Source of the DNA: Octopus sinensis
Taxonomy: Eukaryota
Direction: 5' to 3'
Length of the DNA: 64,000 nt
NCBI RefSeq assembly: GCF_006345805.1
Contig: NC_043001.1
Coordinates: 36,952,001-37,016,000, forward strand
Position numbers and translations under genes: made by a program. The first letter of the stretch is position 1. Every line of letters begins with the position of its first letter. Of the stretch, positions 50,965 to 64,000 are shown piece after piece. A model generated the notes under the pieces. That model ran no database searches. It was not told the DNA's origin and saw nothing but the letters and a program-made list of their open reading frames with translations.

Positions 50965-53013
50965 GATAGATAGATAGATAGATATATTATGTATGTGTAT
51001 GTGTGTATGTCCGCGTGTACATCTATCATCTATTTATCAAAGAAATTTTGTATACGTGTGTATCTTTGTAATCTTTAAATTAACTCTTCGATTCTACATC
51101 ACTATTACATCTCTCATTTGTTTCTTCTTTACGTAGCTATCACCAGTTCTCCGCTGCCTCTACAGTGCTGAATCCCTTACTTATACTTCTTTACCTTTTG
51201 CTGTTTCTCACCGGAGTTTCTGCCACTCTTGCCGTTGTCTCCAGTTTCTTTTATTGTTTGATTTTTTAGTTTTGCAATGTTTTTAGGTTCTATCACTGCC
51301 ACACACGCACTCACACACAGACACACACACACACACACAATCTCTCTCTCGCGTTCTCTAACGCGCGTGCTCTCGCTTTTTCTCTCTCTCTCCCTCTCGC
51401 TCTCTCTCTCCTCTCTCACAGTACTACAATCTCTTACATCTCCTCTGACTCTCCATTCTACATTTTTTAGTGGTTTTCATTTTTTGGGGGTTTTTTTTCT
51501 TTTGCTATCTCCTTTTCCTCCTGTTTGGTGAAGCTTTATATTCCTTATCTTTTTTGCAACCCTAATACTATTAACACCTCTTACTTCCTCTTTTCTACCT
51601 GCGTTTGTTGTTCCTACCTTCTCTTGATCGCCATCTTTCCTGACTCCTGTTTCTCTAATGCCTTAAAACTCATTTCTATTTTCATTCAACTTCCTCTCAT
51701 TCTTCTTACGGATCTCTTCTTCCTTTATCAATTTCACTCTCCTTATTTTATCTTTTCTCTCCCTCTTTCTCTTTCTCTTTCATTCTCTCCCTCTCTCCCT
51801 CTCCCCCCCCCTCTCTCTCTCTCTCTTTCTCCTGCCATCATTTTCTCTTACGTCGCTTTTCTCTCACTTTCTTCTACGCTTTCTCTTGCACACATGCTTC
51901 CTCTTTCTTTTATATTCCTCTTTTATTCTGCTTTTTATGCGTATCTGTTATCTTTACTCTCCTAATACAATCAGTGCATCTCCTCTTCCCTTTCTATTTC
52001 TTTCTCCCATTCATCCGCTTCACACTTGCTCCCAACTTGATGCTATTAAGTTCCCTCCTAAACCCATTTTCTCTCCCTGTCTTATCATTTATTTCATCTT
52101 TCACGTTCCAAATATCTCTATCCATCCTGGTGTTGATTTAATCAATTAACCCTTCCCCAAATTACAGGTTCATGCCTATATTAGAAACAATTATTACCCT
52201 CTAATAATAATTAGTCTTCTATAAGACTGTAAGCTGCCAACACATCAAATTTTTATATATCCTACGTCTCGTTCACATCCTCCGATTCCAATGTTTAACT
52301 CGGACGGCACATCTTTGATCATATTCAGTTTTACCAGGTTGACCTGGGTTTAGTCAACAACATTAACATACCAGTTAATGGAAGGAGCCTGTTAGAAATA
52401 GCAGCAAGAATCTCCTCTAATTATATGTGGGCTCATCGTTTTCGAAATTGCAATGCTCAGGCAGCTACAAATTGGTTCGCATATACTACTTTTCACAAAG
52501 GGTCTGCTAAAGTGCATTAGAATTTACAAAGTGCACGAACTTCATAGTGAAAATTTTAGTTTAATGATGATTTCTAAAAAAAAAAAAAAAGGAATAGCAC
52601 GCATTAGAAAAAGGGTAAAAAGAAAGATGTATCCCATTTCTTACACGCACATGCCTGAGCAGGCAACAATCTAAGTCGGGAGTCAGAGATGGAATTAGAG
52701 ATGGAGCCTGCTTTAAAATAGAGATGTTTCTTTTCGAAGCATCATTCATACACCCACTGACTGATAAAACATGTAACATGTTCTGCTAATTTCATGCAGC
52801 CGCATGAAATTGTCTTTCAGTTGCTTCTTTCCAATTCTTAATTAACCTCTTTGGTTATGTTTCCATATCTACTGCCATTTAAATTAAATACTCATCGTTC
52901 ATTTCGCAAATCATTTGCATCACTTCGCAATTGCATCTCTCTTCAAAATCATACTTCTGTAATTTCTATTAAACATAGAACTGTCTGTTTGGGGTAAGAT
53001 GGGATACTGATAA

Positions 53014-53614
53014 GGCAGCGAACTGGCAGAAACGTTAGCACGCCTGGCGAAATGCTTAGCGGTATTTCGTCTGTCGCTACGTTCTGAGTTCAAATTCCGC
53101 CGAGGTCGACTTTGCCTTTTATCCTTTCGGGGTCGATTAAATAAGTACCAGTTACGCACTGAGGTCGATATAATCGACTTAATCCGTTTGTCTGTCCTTG
53201 TTTGTCCCCTCTGTGTTTAGCCCCTGTGGGTAATAAAGAAATAGGTATTTCGTCTGCGTTACGTTGTGAGTCCAAATTCCGCCGAGGTCGACTTTGCCTT
53301 TCATCCTTTCGGGGTCGATAAATTAAGTACCAGTTACGCACTGGGGTCGATGTAATCGACTTAATACCTATGTCTGTCCTTGTTTGTCCCCTCTGTGTTT
53401 AGCCCCTTGTGGGTAATAAAGAAATAGGTATTTCGTCTGCCGCTACGTTCTGAGTTCAAATTCCGCCGAGGTCGACTTTGCCTTTCATCCTTTCGGGGTC
53501 GATTAAATAAGTACCAGTTACGCACTGGGGTCGATATAATCGACTTAATCCGTTTGTCTGTCCTTGTTTATCCTCTCTGTGTTTAACCCCCTGTGGGTTG
53601 TAAAGAAATAGGTA
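53014..53614 (+). mobile_element. SINE family C with an internal tandem trimer of an about 183-bp unit
   Basis: Units start GGTATTTCGTCTG at 53061, 53244 and 53427. B box is GAGTTCAAATTCC. Confidence 0.88.
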
Positions 53615-54936
53615 GGGCGAGATACTGATGATTTTTCGTCAAAAATGTCACGATAAAAATGTCCCTCTCTTATAACGAACGCAATCGTAGTCTAAAGGCA
53701 GCGGAAATAGATACCAGAAATGCAGCTTACAAGATATTTCAGACTAACAAAGACAGGAAATTAGAGAGGCTACAAAAAGACAACTTGAACAGAGTGCAAC
53801 AGGATTAGCTGCAAACATACAACTTGAAACATACAGACTGCTCGTAGACATCAGAGAACTCGCCATAGTGCCAGGACAGACAGAAATCGCAATATCATAA
53901 CAAGCAGTGAGTGATGAGATCTTGATCATACACAGGTGAGCAATAAAAAAGGAGTACTTTCAGCCTTGATCTTGAACGCTATAATACTTCTGAAAGAAAA
54001 TTTCAATGGCATTTTATCAAAAATAAGCTGTTCCGATGAGACATTAGATACAACAGTCGTTGCTGATACACCAGATCTTCTGAAGCAGCTTCTTATTACC
54101 ACGACTGAGGAACCTAAATATTTTTGCAGAGCCTCGTATAATACGTGTCTTCTTCCCAAATTACTCCCTTTTGGACCAATAGTGGATATTCATGCCAAAT
54201 GATAATGTATAATGCAAGGCAAGCCCACCACAAAAGGGGATTACTGCAACCCCTCTATAAGTAAATGGCTCAGTGTCTGATGCTATATTTTGTTGATTTA
54301 ATTCCTAAACGATTCAATAAAAGTATCATTTTCCAGATGTTCCCTTACTAAAGTTTATGACAGTATAGAAGTTTGAAATGCCTTTGCTTGTGTGGCTAAT
54401 TATAAAAATATTCAAAAACAAAACCAAAACACCCGCTCTTTTTCACAGGTAGAAAATTTAGTAATAAAAAGAGTTATTTCGCCTGTATGCCTCGTTTCTA
54501 TAAAACGTCGACCATTGTACTAATGTTTTTGATATAAAGAGCAACACTTAATTTTTCAAGAATTAAAAAGACAAGTTCATAAAGTGATGTCATCCCCTTT
54601 GGCACAAGATATGATTTGATTTGTATACTTCAAGAGATGGTCTATACAAAGAACAGCTATGTCAGAAGTTTCAAGTATGCATTAAAGTCAGCACTCACCT
54701 TGGAGTTAATCTCAGTACTGAGGACTCTTCCTTTTTTTTTTCTTTTTTTTTTTTTGGTAAAGTAAGTCCTTCAGATCATGAGTTCAGTTTCGATGTGGGA
54801 AATAGGCGATTTTTCTGAAAGAGGGATAGACATTCTTTCATACATTTGTTTGAAAATATTTTACAGGCAAGTTTATGATGGCAAAATTAGAAATGAAGCA
54901 AATACATCCAAAGTTAGAAGGATTTTTTTTTACAAA

Positions 54937-55095
54937 TAGGAGTGGCTGTGTGGTAAGTAGCTTGCTTACCAACCACATGATTCCAGGTTCAGTCCCACTG
55001 CGTGGCACCTTGGGCAAGTGTCTTCTACTATAGCCTCGGGCCGACCAAAGCCTTGTGAGTGAATTTGGTAGACGGAAATTGAAAGAAGCCCGTCG

Positions 55096-55129
<34 letters not shown>

Positions 55130-55336
55130 GTGTGTGTGTGTGTTTGTGTGTCTGTGTTTGTCCCCACAACATCGCTTGACAACCGATGGGGGTGTGTTTA
55201 CGTCCCCGTAACTTAGCGGTCCGGCAAAAGAGAACGATAGCATAAGTACTAGGCTTACAAAGAATAAATCCTGGGGGTCGATTTGCTCGACTAAAGGCGG
55301 TGCTCCAGCATGGCCACAGTCAAATGACTGAAACAA
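54937..55336 (+). mobile_element. SINE family A
   Basis: Full copy. Confidence 0.9.
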
Positions 55337-55819
55337 GTAAAAGAATAAAAGAGTAAATAACAATACTTCATGAATTCAATCAGATTTTTGTTCCTTTGCT
55401 GTTCGAATTTTTCTTGACACATTCTTTTAGGAAGAACATGGGATTATTTTCTCGAATTCCTTTTTCTAGAATAAAATCAAATATGCCTTTTTCAGAGATC
55501 AAAGTTGTTGCTCTTCAACTTAGTTATTCAACTTTAATTTTAATTAGTTCCCTTGACGATGCAACCGCGGTGTCAACAGCGTTAAATTTATTGTTTGAAA
55601 AGTCGAGCGAACATAATTTTTGCAATACAGCTTTTAAGAAACAAAAAATTACAATGACATTGCAGATAAACTATTCCAGCACAATATCATTAATTAATTA
55701 CAATTCATGAATATGCTCTCCTTTAGCAAATTTCTGAAGTATTTCACTTCTTTAAAATAGAAACCTACGAAATGACCTGGCAGTTATGTTCAATTTTTAA
55801 TAATATTGTCATTCTTTAA

Positions 55820-56127
55820 CCCCTTACCCGGCAGAAACGAATATATGCGTTTTGACCGAAATCGTTTTTTTCCATCTCTGGCGAGTTAACTCGTCAAAAG
55901 ATAGACTCGCCAAAATCGACAGCAAACAAGTTCCTTCGTCTAAAAACGGGTTAACTCGTTTCTGCCCAATGCCGTAATTTAAAATCAATATTATTGAATT
56001 AGAATTCATAATAAATAAGGTTTGAAATATACCTCGAAATCACCATTCAAAACATAGTAAAATAAAACAATTAAAAAATATGTCTGAAAAATTACATTTA
56101 TTTTCAAAATAATTGTTGGGTAAGGGG
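55820..56127. mobile_element. piggyBac-like MITE with TTAA TSD
   Basis: TTAA(55816-55819)-CCCCTTACCC ... GGGTAAGGGG-TTAA(56128-56131). Confidence 0.8.
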
Positions 56128-56360
56128 TTAATTTCCTTCAGCCAAAGTCTACACTAAGTTCAGTTTGTTGTACATTGATGTAACTATCAACTAAATTCGT
56201 AACCGTAGAATCTATATTTTAATCATTTTCCTCAAAGGTACTCGTTATCCTCACTTCAAGAAACATAATTAAACTAATTTCATATTTTGACACGATTTTA
56301 CTCTAAAGAAATCATCACAAACAACTGAATGAAGTTCATGCACATAACACAATTGATTGG

Positions 56361-56732
56361 AAGCACTCCGTCGGTTACGACGACGAGGGTTCCGGTTGAT
56401 CCGAATCAACGGAACAGCCTGCTCGTGAAATTAACGTGTAAGTGGCTGAGCACTCCACAGACGCGTGTACCCTTAACGTAGTTCTCGGGGATATTCAGCG
56501 TGACATAGAAAGTGACAAGGCCGGCCCTTTGAAATACAGGTACAACAGAAACAGGAAGTAAGAGTGAGAGAAAGTTGTGGTGAAAGAGCACAGCAGGGAT
56601 CACCACCATCCCCGCCGGAGCCTCGTGGAGCTTTAGGTGTTTTCGCTCAATAAACACTCACAACGCCCGGTCTGGGAATCGAAACCGCGATCCTATGACC
56701 GCGAGTCCGCTGCCCTAACCACTGGGCCATTG
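56361..56732 (-). mobile_element. SINE family B (tail type 1)
   Basis: Near-identical reverse complement of 45438-45816. Confidence 0.92.
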
Positions 56733-57519
56733 ATATTGGCAGAATGTAACCATGACACTTGTTCCATCAGTTGCAACAGGGACTGTATTTTTTACCGAAT
56801 CAAAGTTGAATTCAGAAAGTTATTTCTAAATGTTCAATAATTTTTCAGCAAGGAAATAATTTCCATAAATTCTAATCGTCCTTAAATTCCTGAATATACC
56901 AATTACATTCAAATATCTGCAATTACACAAAAATATATATTGAATCATCCGCATTAAATGAGAAACAGCCTTTGTTAAAACTAAAACATTATCTTAACTG
57001 CGAGATATATACTTGCCATCTCAATATGGCTAACCACTAAGGGTGGGTGTTACTGTAGCTTGTAGCCCCAGGAGAACATCGTCTCCAGCTGGCTTTAGAC
57101 ACACTTTCTGTGCCCTTACGGTATTTGCAAAGGGAGGTCATCCCTCTCTCGTCAACCTAAGTGATACGCACGGACTGCAGTTTCTGGGTCTTGACCCGTC
57201 ATCGGCGTGCGACAATCACCGGTTTTCGATGAAAAGGAACTCCCTTATACCTCGTTCAGAGATTTATTATCTTAACTATTTTCCTTAAATATTTTTTTCC
57301 ATGGCAAACAGCTGTGAAAAGAGTTTTACGAGTTCAAATATCTCACAAACATATTTGAACTGGCCGTAAGTTGGTGTACTTTCAGTCACAGCTTCGCACA
57401 TCTACTCGCCAATTTATTCCAACCTAGTGACCAATATGCGCTATCAGTTAATATTATTGACTGGTTTATTTTTTAAATGAATTTTCGTCCCAGTAATGTC
57501 AGAATTGTCCCTTTCGTAT

Positions 57520-57564
57520 CTGGTGCTGAAGAAGACTGAAGAGTCCGCAATACGTATCCACTAG
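57520..57564 (+). ncRNA. Minimal hammerhead-like motif (GAAA changed to GCAA)
   Basis: CUGGUG-CUGAAGA-A-GACU(GAAG)AGUC-C-GCAA-UACGUA-U-C-CACUAG. Confidence 0.55.
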
Positions 57565-57689
57565 TCCAATAGAGAGTGCTCTGATCTGACTACGGTGTTC
57601 TGATACCTTTTTGTTTTAATCGACTTTTCCCCCACTGCAATGAAAAGCCTTTTATGAGTTCAAATATCTCTCAAATATATCGGATCTAT

Positions 57690-58405
57690 CAACGCTTACT
57701 CGACCGCTACAACGATGAGGAAGAAGCATTTATGGAGAGAATAGTCACAGGAGGAGATAGTGTCCATCATTTTGACCCCAAATTCAAAAGGTAGTGTAAG
57801 GAATGGAAACACTCGGAATCGCAAGCAAAAAGAAATTTAGTCCAAACCTTCAACAGAAAATGTGATGCTTATTGTTTTGAGGGGCGCAAAAGGACCTATA
57901 CTGAAACATTACCTAGGAAGGGGGTCTACACTCAGCAGTGTAGGTTATAGTGAAATGCTGGCCAACAAACTGAAACCAGCAATTCGCACCTAACGCCAAG
58001 GTCTATTGTCAAAGCAAGTGTTATTGTTGCACGACAATACACGCTAACATACAGCCACCTACACCGTTGAAACCATTGAAAAATCGGGTTTCTGGCTATT
58101 GGAATGCCCTGCGTACAGATCAGACTTCGCCTCTTCCGACTATCACCTCTTTGAACCGCTCGAAACATCCGCTACGGGGTCATAGATTTGCTATGGATGA
58201 AGAAATGCAGGATGCGGTGTATGAATGGCTGCGCGACCAGCCGAAAACATTCTTCTCCGATGGATAAGCAAGCTTGTGGACCGCCGGAAGAAGTGCATCG
58301 AAAATCTACGAGACTTTGACGAAAATTCTGTAATTGTTCAACCTTTGCTTTTGTTTTAATAAATTACAGAAACAAGAGTGCATATAAATTTCGACTAACA
58401 CCTGT
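57690..58405 (+). mobile_element. Decayed mariner (DD34D), 3' half
   Basis: RLLDRYNDEEEAFMERIVTGG...HHFDPK; LLLHDNTR*HTA...ECPAYRSDFASSDYHLFEPL (D-34-D); RGHRFAMDEEMQDAVYEWLRDQPKTFFSDG. Confidence 0.88.
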
Positions 58406-59439
58406 ACATACATACATATACATATGAAATTCTGTATGCATATCTTTTTGTATGTGTCTGTTAGTAAGTATATGCATCTCGTGTCTATCTGTCTATGTGA
58501 GTGATTTTTCCGCTCTAGTCGACACCCCCTCTCCCGCTTCCTTCCTCTGCTATTTGCAAACCAACATATGGTTTTCTTGTTCTGTTGCTGAACGTTGCTT
58601 CCTACACACTACACATACCCTCCCATAAATAGTCAAATAGACTATTAAATTAATCAACTTGCAAACCAGCAATACATATCTCCACAACCACTACATCACC
58701 CCACGCAAACTCTGCCTTGTTCTACTCTGTGACCTTCATTGTCTGAAAAACAAATGTGCCCGCCCTAAATTTCTTTACTCGCATATACACTCACCACACA
58801 AACATTAGCCTCATTCCTACATACACTACACTATTTAATCTGTGTTCTAACCTCTAACTACGACCGTTTTCAAAAACTACTTTATGCACCTAAAATTCGT
58901 TTCTTGCAAATATACCAACATGTCTTGCCTTATCCTATGTTTTAATTGCCACGTCACGCTATCCAGTTAAATACAACCCCATTGGCTGACAAATTAAATT
59001 TATTTAGCTTTATTTTCTAATAGTCAAAATAAACTCTTTATTTTTAAAAAAAGTGTATACCAGACCCTTTGATTACATCTACTCGCGCCCACACATGCAT
59101 TGACTATAAATACAAATAAATCACAATTCGCAAACCTGAGTCAAACTTGTCCTCCCTGGTCAAGAGAAAACTGGAATTAAACACCGACAATAAGATCTTA
59201 TTTTGAACAACTTTTAATCCGTCTCCATCTTCATTTATATTTTTATTAATTCGCTCTCCACCTTTTTTTTTAATCTCTCCCTATCTTTCTCTTTCTTTCG
59301 TAACTAATACTATATAGTTCGACTATTTCAGCAACAGTTCTTTGTTAGTTGATGTTGTCTTCTTTCTTCTTCTTCTTCTTCTTCTTCTCTTCTTCTTCTT
59401 CCAATCAGGACTCACGCCATTAGCCACAAAGAATAATCT

Positions 59440-59881
59440 CTCTAATTCGAACCTACTCTAAGCTACTAAGAATGCGTGTGGCAACTTCAAGATCCACCCA
59501 CCACACGCGATAGACTGGCGGTTGAACGGGCGCGAAAGCTACGTTGTTATCCTCATTCCGTAAACGGTGGCTTTTAACGTGTGGAGAGCTGAACCATCCT
59601 GGGGTACAGAGGATTCGCAATCTAGACTAGGGTCTGAAAGTTTTATCACACCATAGTGGGTTATACCATGGTTCCTCTACTTTGTGGCAGAAGTAAGAAG
59701 AAAGAGTGAGAGAAAGTTGTGGTGAAAGAGTACAGCGGGGTTCACCACCCCTCTCCGCCAGAGCCTCGTGGAGCTTAGGTGCTTTTGCTCAATAAACACT
59801 CACAATGCCCGGTCTGGGAATCGAAACCGCGTTCTTACGACCGCGAGTCCGCTGCCCTAACCACTGGGCCATTGCGCCTCC
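59440..59881 (-). mobile_element. SINE family B head (59690-59881) joined to an unrelated GC-richer body
   Basis: The head is near-identical to 45438. The downstream 250 bp match neither tail type. Confidence 0.65.
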
Positions 59882-61133
59882 TGATGTTGTTGTTGTCGCT
59901 GCGGCTGTTGTTTAGCACCAGGTCAACACTGATCAAACATCCAAGCAGAACCGAGACCACTCAGTCTATTTTTAAGTTTGCTATTTCTAAACGTGTCTTT
60001 TCCTTATTTAAGACGGATAGTGCAACGTCAGGTTAATTTGACTGTTATTTCTAGTAGAGCTTCTATCATTGAATTACTCCATCGTTAGATTTAACGTTCG
60101 TTAATTGATTCTAATTTAGCCGTGATAATAATATAGCTGACTCCACGATGATGAAATCAAACAAACATCACGTTTATATCACATCATGGTTGTTCAAGTC
60201 GAATCTTGACCGACCAATTAGAAGATGTTGACAGATTTAAGTGCCTTTAATTGGTGGCAAGGCCTGCAGGTAGGAATAACTGTTCTACAGCGCTAATTAT
60301 TTTCGTTAGACGGTTATAGATTTAAATTATCTTAAGGAAATGCTTGCGAAGAGCGCGTGTGTGTGTAGGCGTATGCATGTGTATCCATTCAAGTATGCAT
60401 TTGTTGTATGGAATCCAAATATGCATTAATATAAGTGCGTGTGTATGTATGTATGTATGTATGTATGTATGTATGTATGTATGTATGTATGTATGTAGGT
60501 ATGTGTGTATGTATGTATGTATGTATGTATGTATGCATGTATGTATGAATATATGTGTGGAGGTACGTGGACTAGCGGTCAGGGTGTCTGATTCGTGATC
60601 ATTCAATTTCTGAACTGGGCGGCGTGTTGTGTCCTTGAGCAAGACACTTCACTTCACATTTTCCTAGCCCACTCAGTTATAAATAAGTACCAACCGAATC
60701 CTGAAGAATCTATTTCTCCCTTCATCAGTTACGTCCTGAATGTGACGCTCGGTCACGGATGAAGGAGCTGAGAGAATATCTGTGGCTACTCGTGGGATAC
60801 ATAGACACTTAAAGTGATCAGTGAAAGAATGATACTTTTAGCGAACTATACTCTCTCGAAAGTGACTACTGACTGCACTTCACATAAATATGTATATACT
60901 TATGTATGTATGTATGTATGTATGTATGTATGTATGTACGTACGTACGTACGTATGTATGTATGTATGTATGTATGTATGTATGTATGTATGTATGTATG
61001 TATGTATGTATGTCATTATTCAGTTTTATTTCAAGATTTCTTACTAATAGTGAAAGAGCAGGTTTCTAACCTAAATCCAATGCTCCTTCATTGAAATTTC
61101 AACTTCAATAGGGTAATTTTATACGTATGTATT

Positions 61134-62295
61134 GGGTCATCCCATAAATAATGAGGTTTTGAATGAAAATAGCCCAACTAGACATTTTTTTTTTCAGAAA
61201 ATGAAGGGTAATGATTCATATTAAGCATACATTGAGAATATAGTTAACAGAAAACCATAATAATACTATCACATTTATTGACATAATGAATTATTTAGCA
61301 AAATGAGCGCCAAGGAAGAAACAATTCAATTGTGGGACCTCCAGGAGTGTGACAGCTAGGGATTTAAGGAATATTGGCCGCACGTAACGTGGGAAACCAG
61401 GACAAACAAGCAAAGCCATTCTCACCTCCTCCAGACTTCCTCGGGTACCGAAAAGCACCTGAAATCGAACCCTCAACACCATGGCTTCCGTGCGAGAACC
61501 CCCGAAACTGGCTCTTCACAAGAGTTTGAGGCTTCAATGAGCCCAAAAGTACATTACATTAGACTTGAGTTATGTTCTGTTCACTGACGAAACCAAGGCG
61601 ACCCTTGACGAACCTGATGGTTGGGCAAATGGTTGAGTCTATTTCGTAGACAAGCATCACCAACGTTTACGACGTCAAAAACAGGGTGGAGTCATATTCT
61701 GGGCTGGTATCATTGGGGACGGACTTGTTGGCCCAGTCAGGGTGCCTGAAGAGGTTAGAGTGACCACAGCCGCCTACTGCAATCTCCTGAAGGAGGTCTT
61801 GGATCCCTGGCTAGATGACATGCTACTGTTGCTTCTAAAGAATTTCGTATTTATGCATGACAACGCTCCTTCCCACTCTGCTAGGACCACCCATATATTC
61901 CTAGGGTCTTACGGCATACAAGGTTAAAATTTGATGGTGTGGCCGCTAGCATCTCCGGATCTCAACCCTATCGAAAATCAAGATGTTATGCCGATGGACG
62001 CCAATTTACGTCGATAGATTCTTATGGGCGACCATCAAAGCTGTAGCAGAGGCAGCCCAACCTGCTACTATTAAGAAATTGAGAGTTTCCATGAATAATA
62101 GGGTTTTTGAAGTTATCCGTCGAAATGGCGCTCATGTGGCTAAATAATTCATTATGTCAATAAATGTTATAATATTATTATGGTTTTCTGTTAAATATAT
62201 ACTCAATGTATGCTTGATATGCATTATTACCCTTCATTTTCTGGAGAGAAAAAATGTCCAGATGGGCTATTTTCATTCAAAAGCTATAAAGTGTA
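61134..62295 (+). mobile_element. Tc1-like DD37E (TRT-type) transposon, internally deleted, with about 145-bp TIRs
   Basis: 61157-61299 is inverted at 62139-62282. Protein reads VLFTDETKATLDEPDGWANG..GGVIFWAGIIGDGLVGPVRV..FMHDNAPSH...VWPLASPDLNPIEN, with 37 residues between the second D and E. Confidence 0.88.
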
Positions 62296-62486
62296 ATTCA
62301 CCCCAAAACTGAAGAATCTGAAATAAAAAAAGAAAGGACATTACACAGAATAATGAAAACATAAGAATAGTGTTGCCATATTGTGCAAACCAGTTGGAAA
62401 AAGTTTTATCAAAATCGATTTCACTCCTAAGCTATTAGTGTGGTTCTGGTGTGTGTGTTTATATATATATATATATTGTGGGGAAG

Positions 62487-62840
62487 GGATTGTCGATTAC
62501 ATCAACTTCAGCGTTCGACTGGCTCTTATTTCATTGAACCAGAAAGAATGAAAGATAAAGTCAACTTCGGCGGAATTTGAACTCAGAACGTAAAGACGGG
62601 CAAAATATCTGTTTCTTTATTATCCACAAGGAGCTAAACATAGAGGGGACAAACAAGGACAGACAAACGGATTAAGTCGATAACATCAACCCCAGTGCTC
62701 AGCTGGTACTTTATTTCATCGAACCCGAAAGGATGAAAGGCTAATTCGACCTCGGCGGAATTTGAACTGAGAACTTAAAGACGGATGAAATGCCGCTATA
62801 CATTTTACCTGGCATGCTAACGATTCTGCAGCTCGCCGCC
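62487..62840 (-). mobile_element. SINE family C, tandem dimer
   Basis: Reverse complement of the 53014 element; CGGCGGAATTTGAACT occurs twice. Confidence 0.82.
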
Positions 62841-63295
62841 TCCAGAAGCTGTAATAATAAAGTTTGTATTTTAGACAAGTTACTTAAATCTATCAGCCCA
62901 AGTCTAACAAGCTTGAAAAACTTTGGCTACCCTCAACAGAATATTAGCAAAAAGTAGTCCAGTGTCTATTCTATTTTTACATATATATTTCAGATATCGT
63001 AAATATCTAATGAGAAATGAAAAGCTAAGACAACTCACTGAAGTTGAACTCAGGACTGTTAATCAAAAAAATCTTATGCCGCTAACCAAACAGATAAATG
63101 ATATGCCACCTTATTCATCATCTGCCTAAATTTGGTGGTTGTTTTTATATCCGACAATTGAATCTTCTTTAGACATATCAATATATATGATATGCTTATA
63201 TGAGAACGGGAGACTGTGAGCGAAATGGAAAATTATGAGAAAATAGTTCAATAAATACATACACACATATATATATATAAACGCTTATAATCAAC

Positions 63296-63420
<125 letters not shown>

Positions 63421-64000
63421 GTAATTTCCTATATATCAGAATGTGCAAAAAAAAGTTTCATCATGAAAAAATAACAGACAAGTAATTTATTACACATAAA
63501 ATATACCCTCAAAATAAATTTTTTAAATATTTTGTTTATTTTTCCTTAATCTCTTATTCATTAGTTGTGGATTTTTTTCTTATTTTCTTTTTGATTTACA
63601 ACCACTTTTCTTCTTTTTTTTCTTTTGTTAATATTAATGACGTGGTTTCAACTGCAAGTAAAAAGCAGACTGACTGACAAACGGATAGACAAGAGTGGGG
63701 AAATATGAAGAAGTTCCGAGAGTCATAGATCGGTATCAGGCAGTCATGATGACTGAGAAAAACTAACGAAATACCCAAGGCGAGAGAATATAGCGTATAT
63801 AGGGATTTAGTTATTAAATTCGTTGACGTATGCGTCATCCGCCACTGAAAGAAAATTTCGAGAGAAACCAAAATGGCGGATGAGAAAATCTAGATGATCT
63901 GATATGTCAAAAACCATTCCCATCCAGGCAAACTGCTATTACCAGTCGAACATTTATCTGTTTTATCACCAATAAATTTTCCCTTAACCATATTAGAATG

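Noticed and set aside
53061-53614. Regular repeat that might resemble a CRISPR array
   Set aside because: Units are about 183-bp whole-sequence tandem copies with no unique spacers, in eukaryotic context
55380-55760. Long ORF 55396-55710 and a stop-interrupted frame on the opposite strand
   Set aside because: No recognisable motif; possibly an old DNA-transposon relic but not supportable

Overview
AT-rich eukaryotic genomic DNA dominated by repeats and microsatellites, most likely from an octopus. That assignment is inferred from recall of octopus tRNA-derived SINE families and was not checked against a database. A 100-N assembly gap lies at 44311-44410. Most ORFs in the supplied track are artefacts of microsatellites or SINEs. 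Supportable content is as follows. (1) A decayed histone H2B copy at 14-331. (2) A compact, apparently intact secreted prepropeptide ORF at 10054-10329, with signal peptide, RR/RIRR cleavage sites, upstream splice acceptor and downstream AATAAA; I do not recognise the product. (3) Penelope-like (PLE) GIY-YIG/RT remnants. (4) At least nine hammerhead-ribozyme-like motifs, one fully canonical (12345-12426), several in tandem or inverted repeat arrangements. (5) Decayed Tc1/mariner elements (DD37D, DD34D, DD37E/TRT), RTE and R4/Dong LINE fragments, and MITEs. (6) Three modular SINE families, including chimeras and tandem multimers. The best leads are the orphan secreted peptide gene and the hammerhead-bearing repeats.
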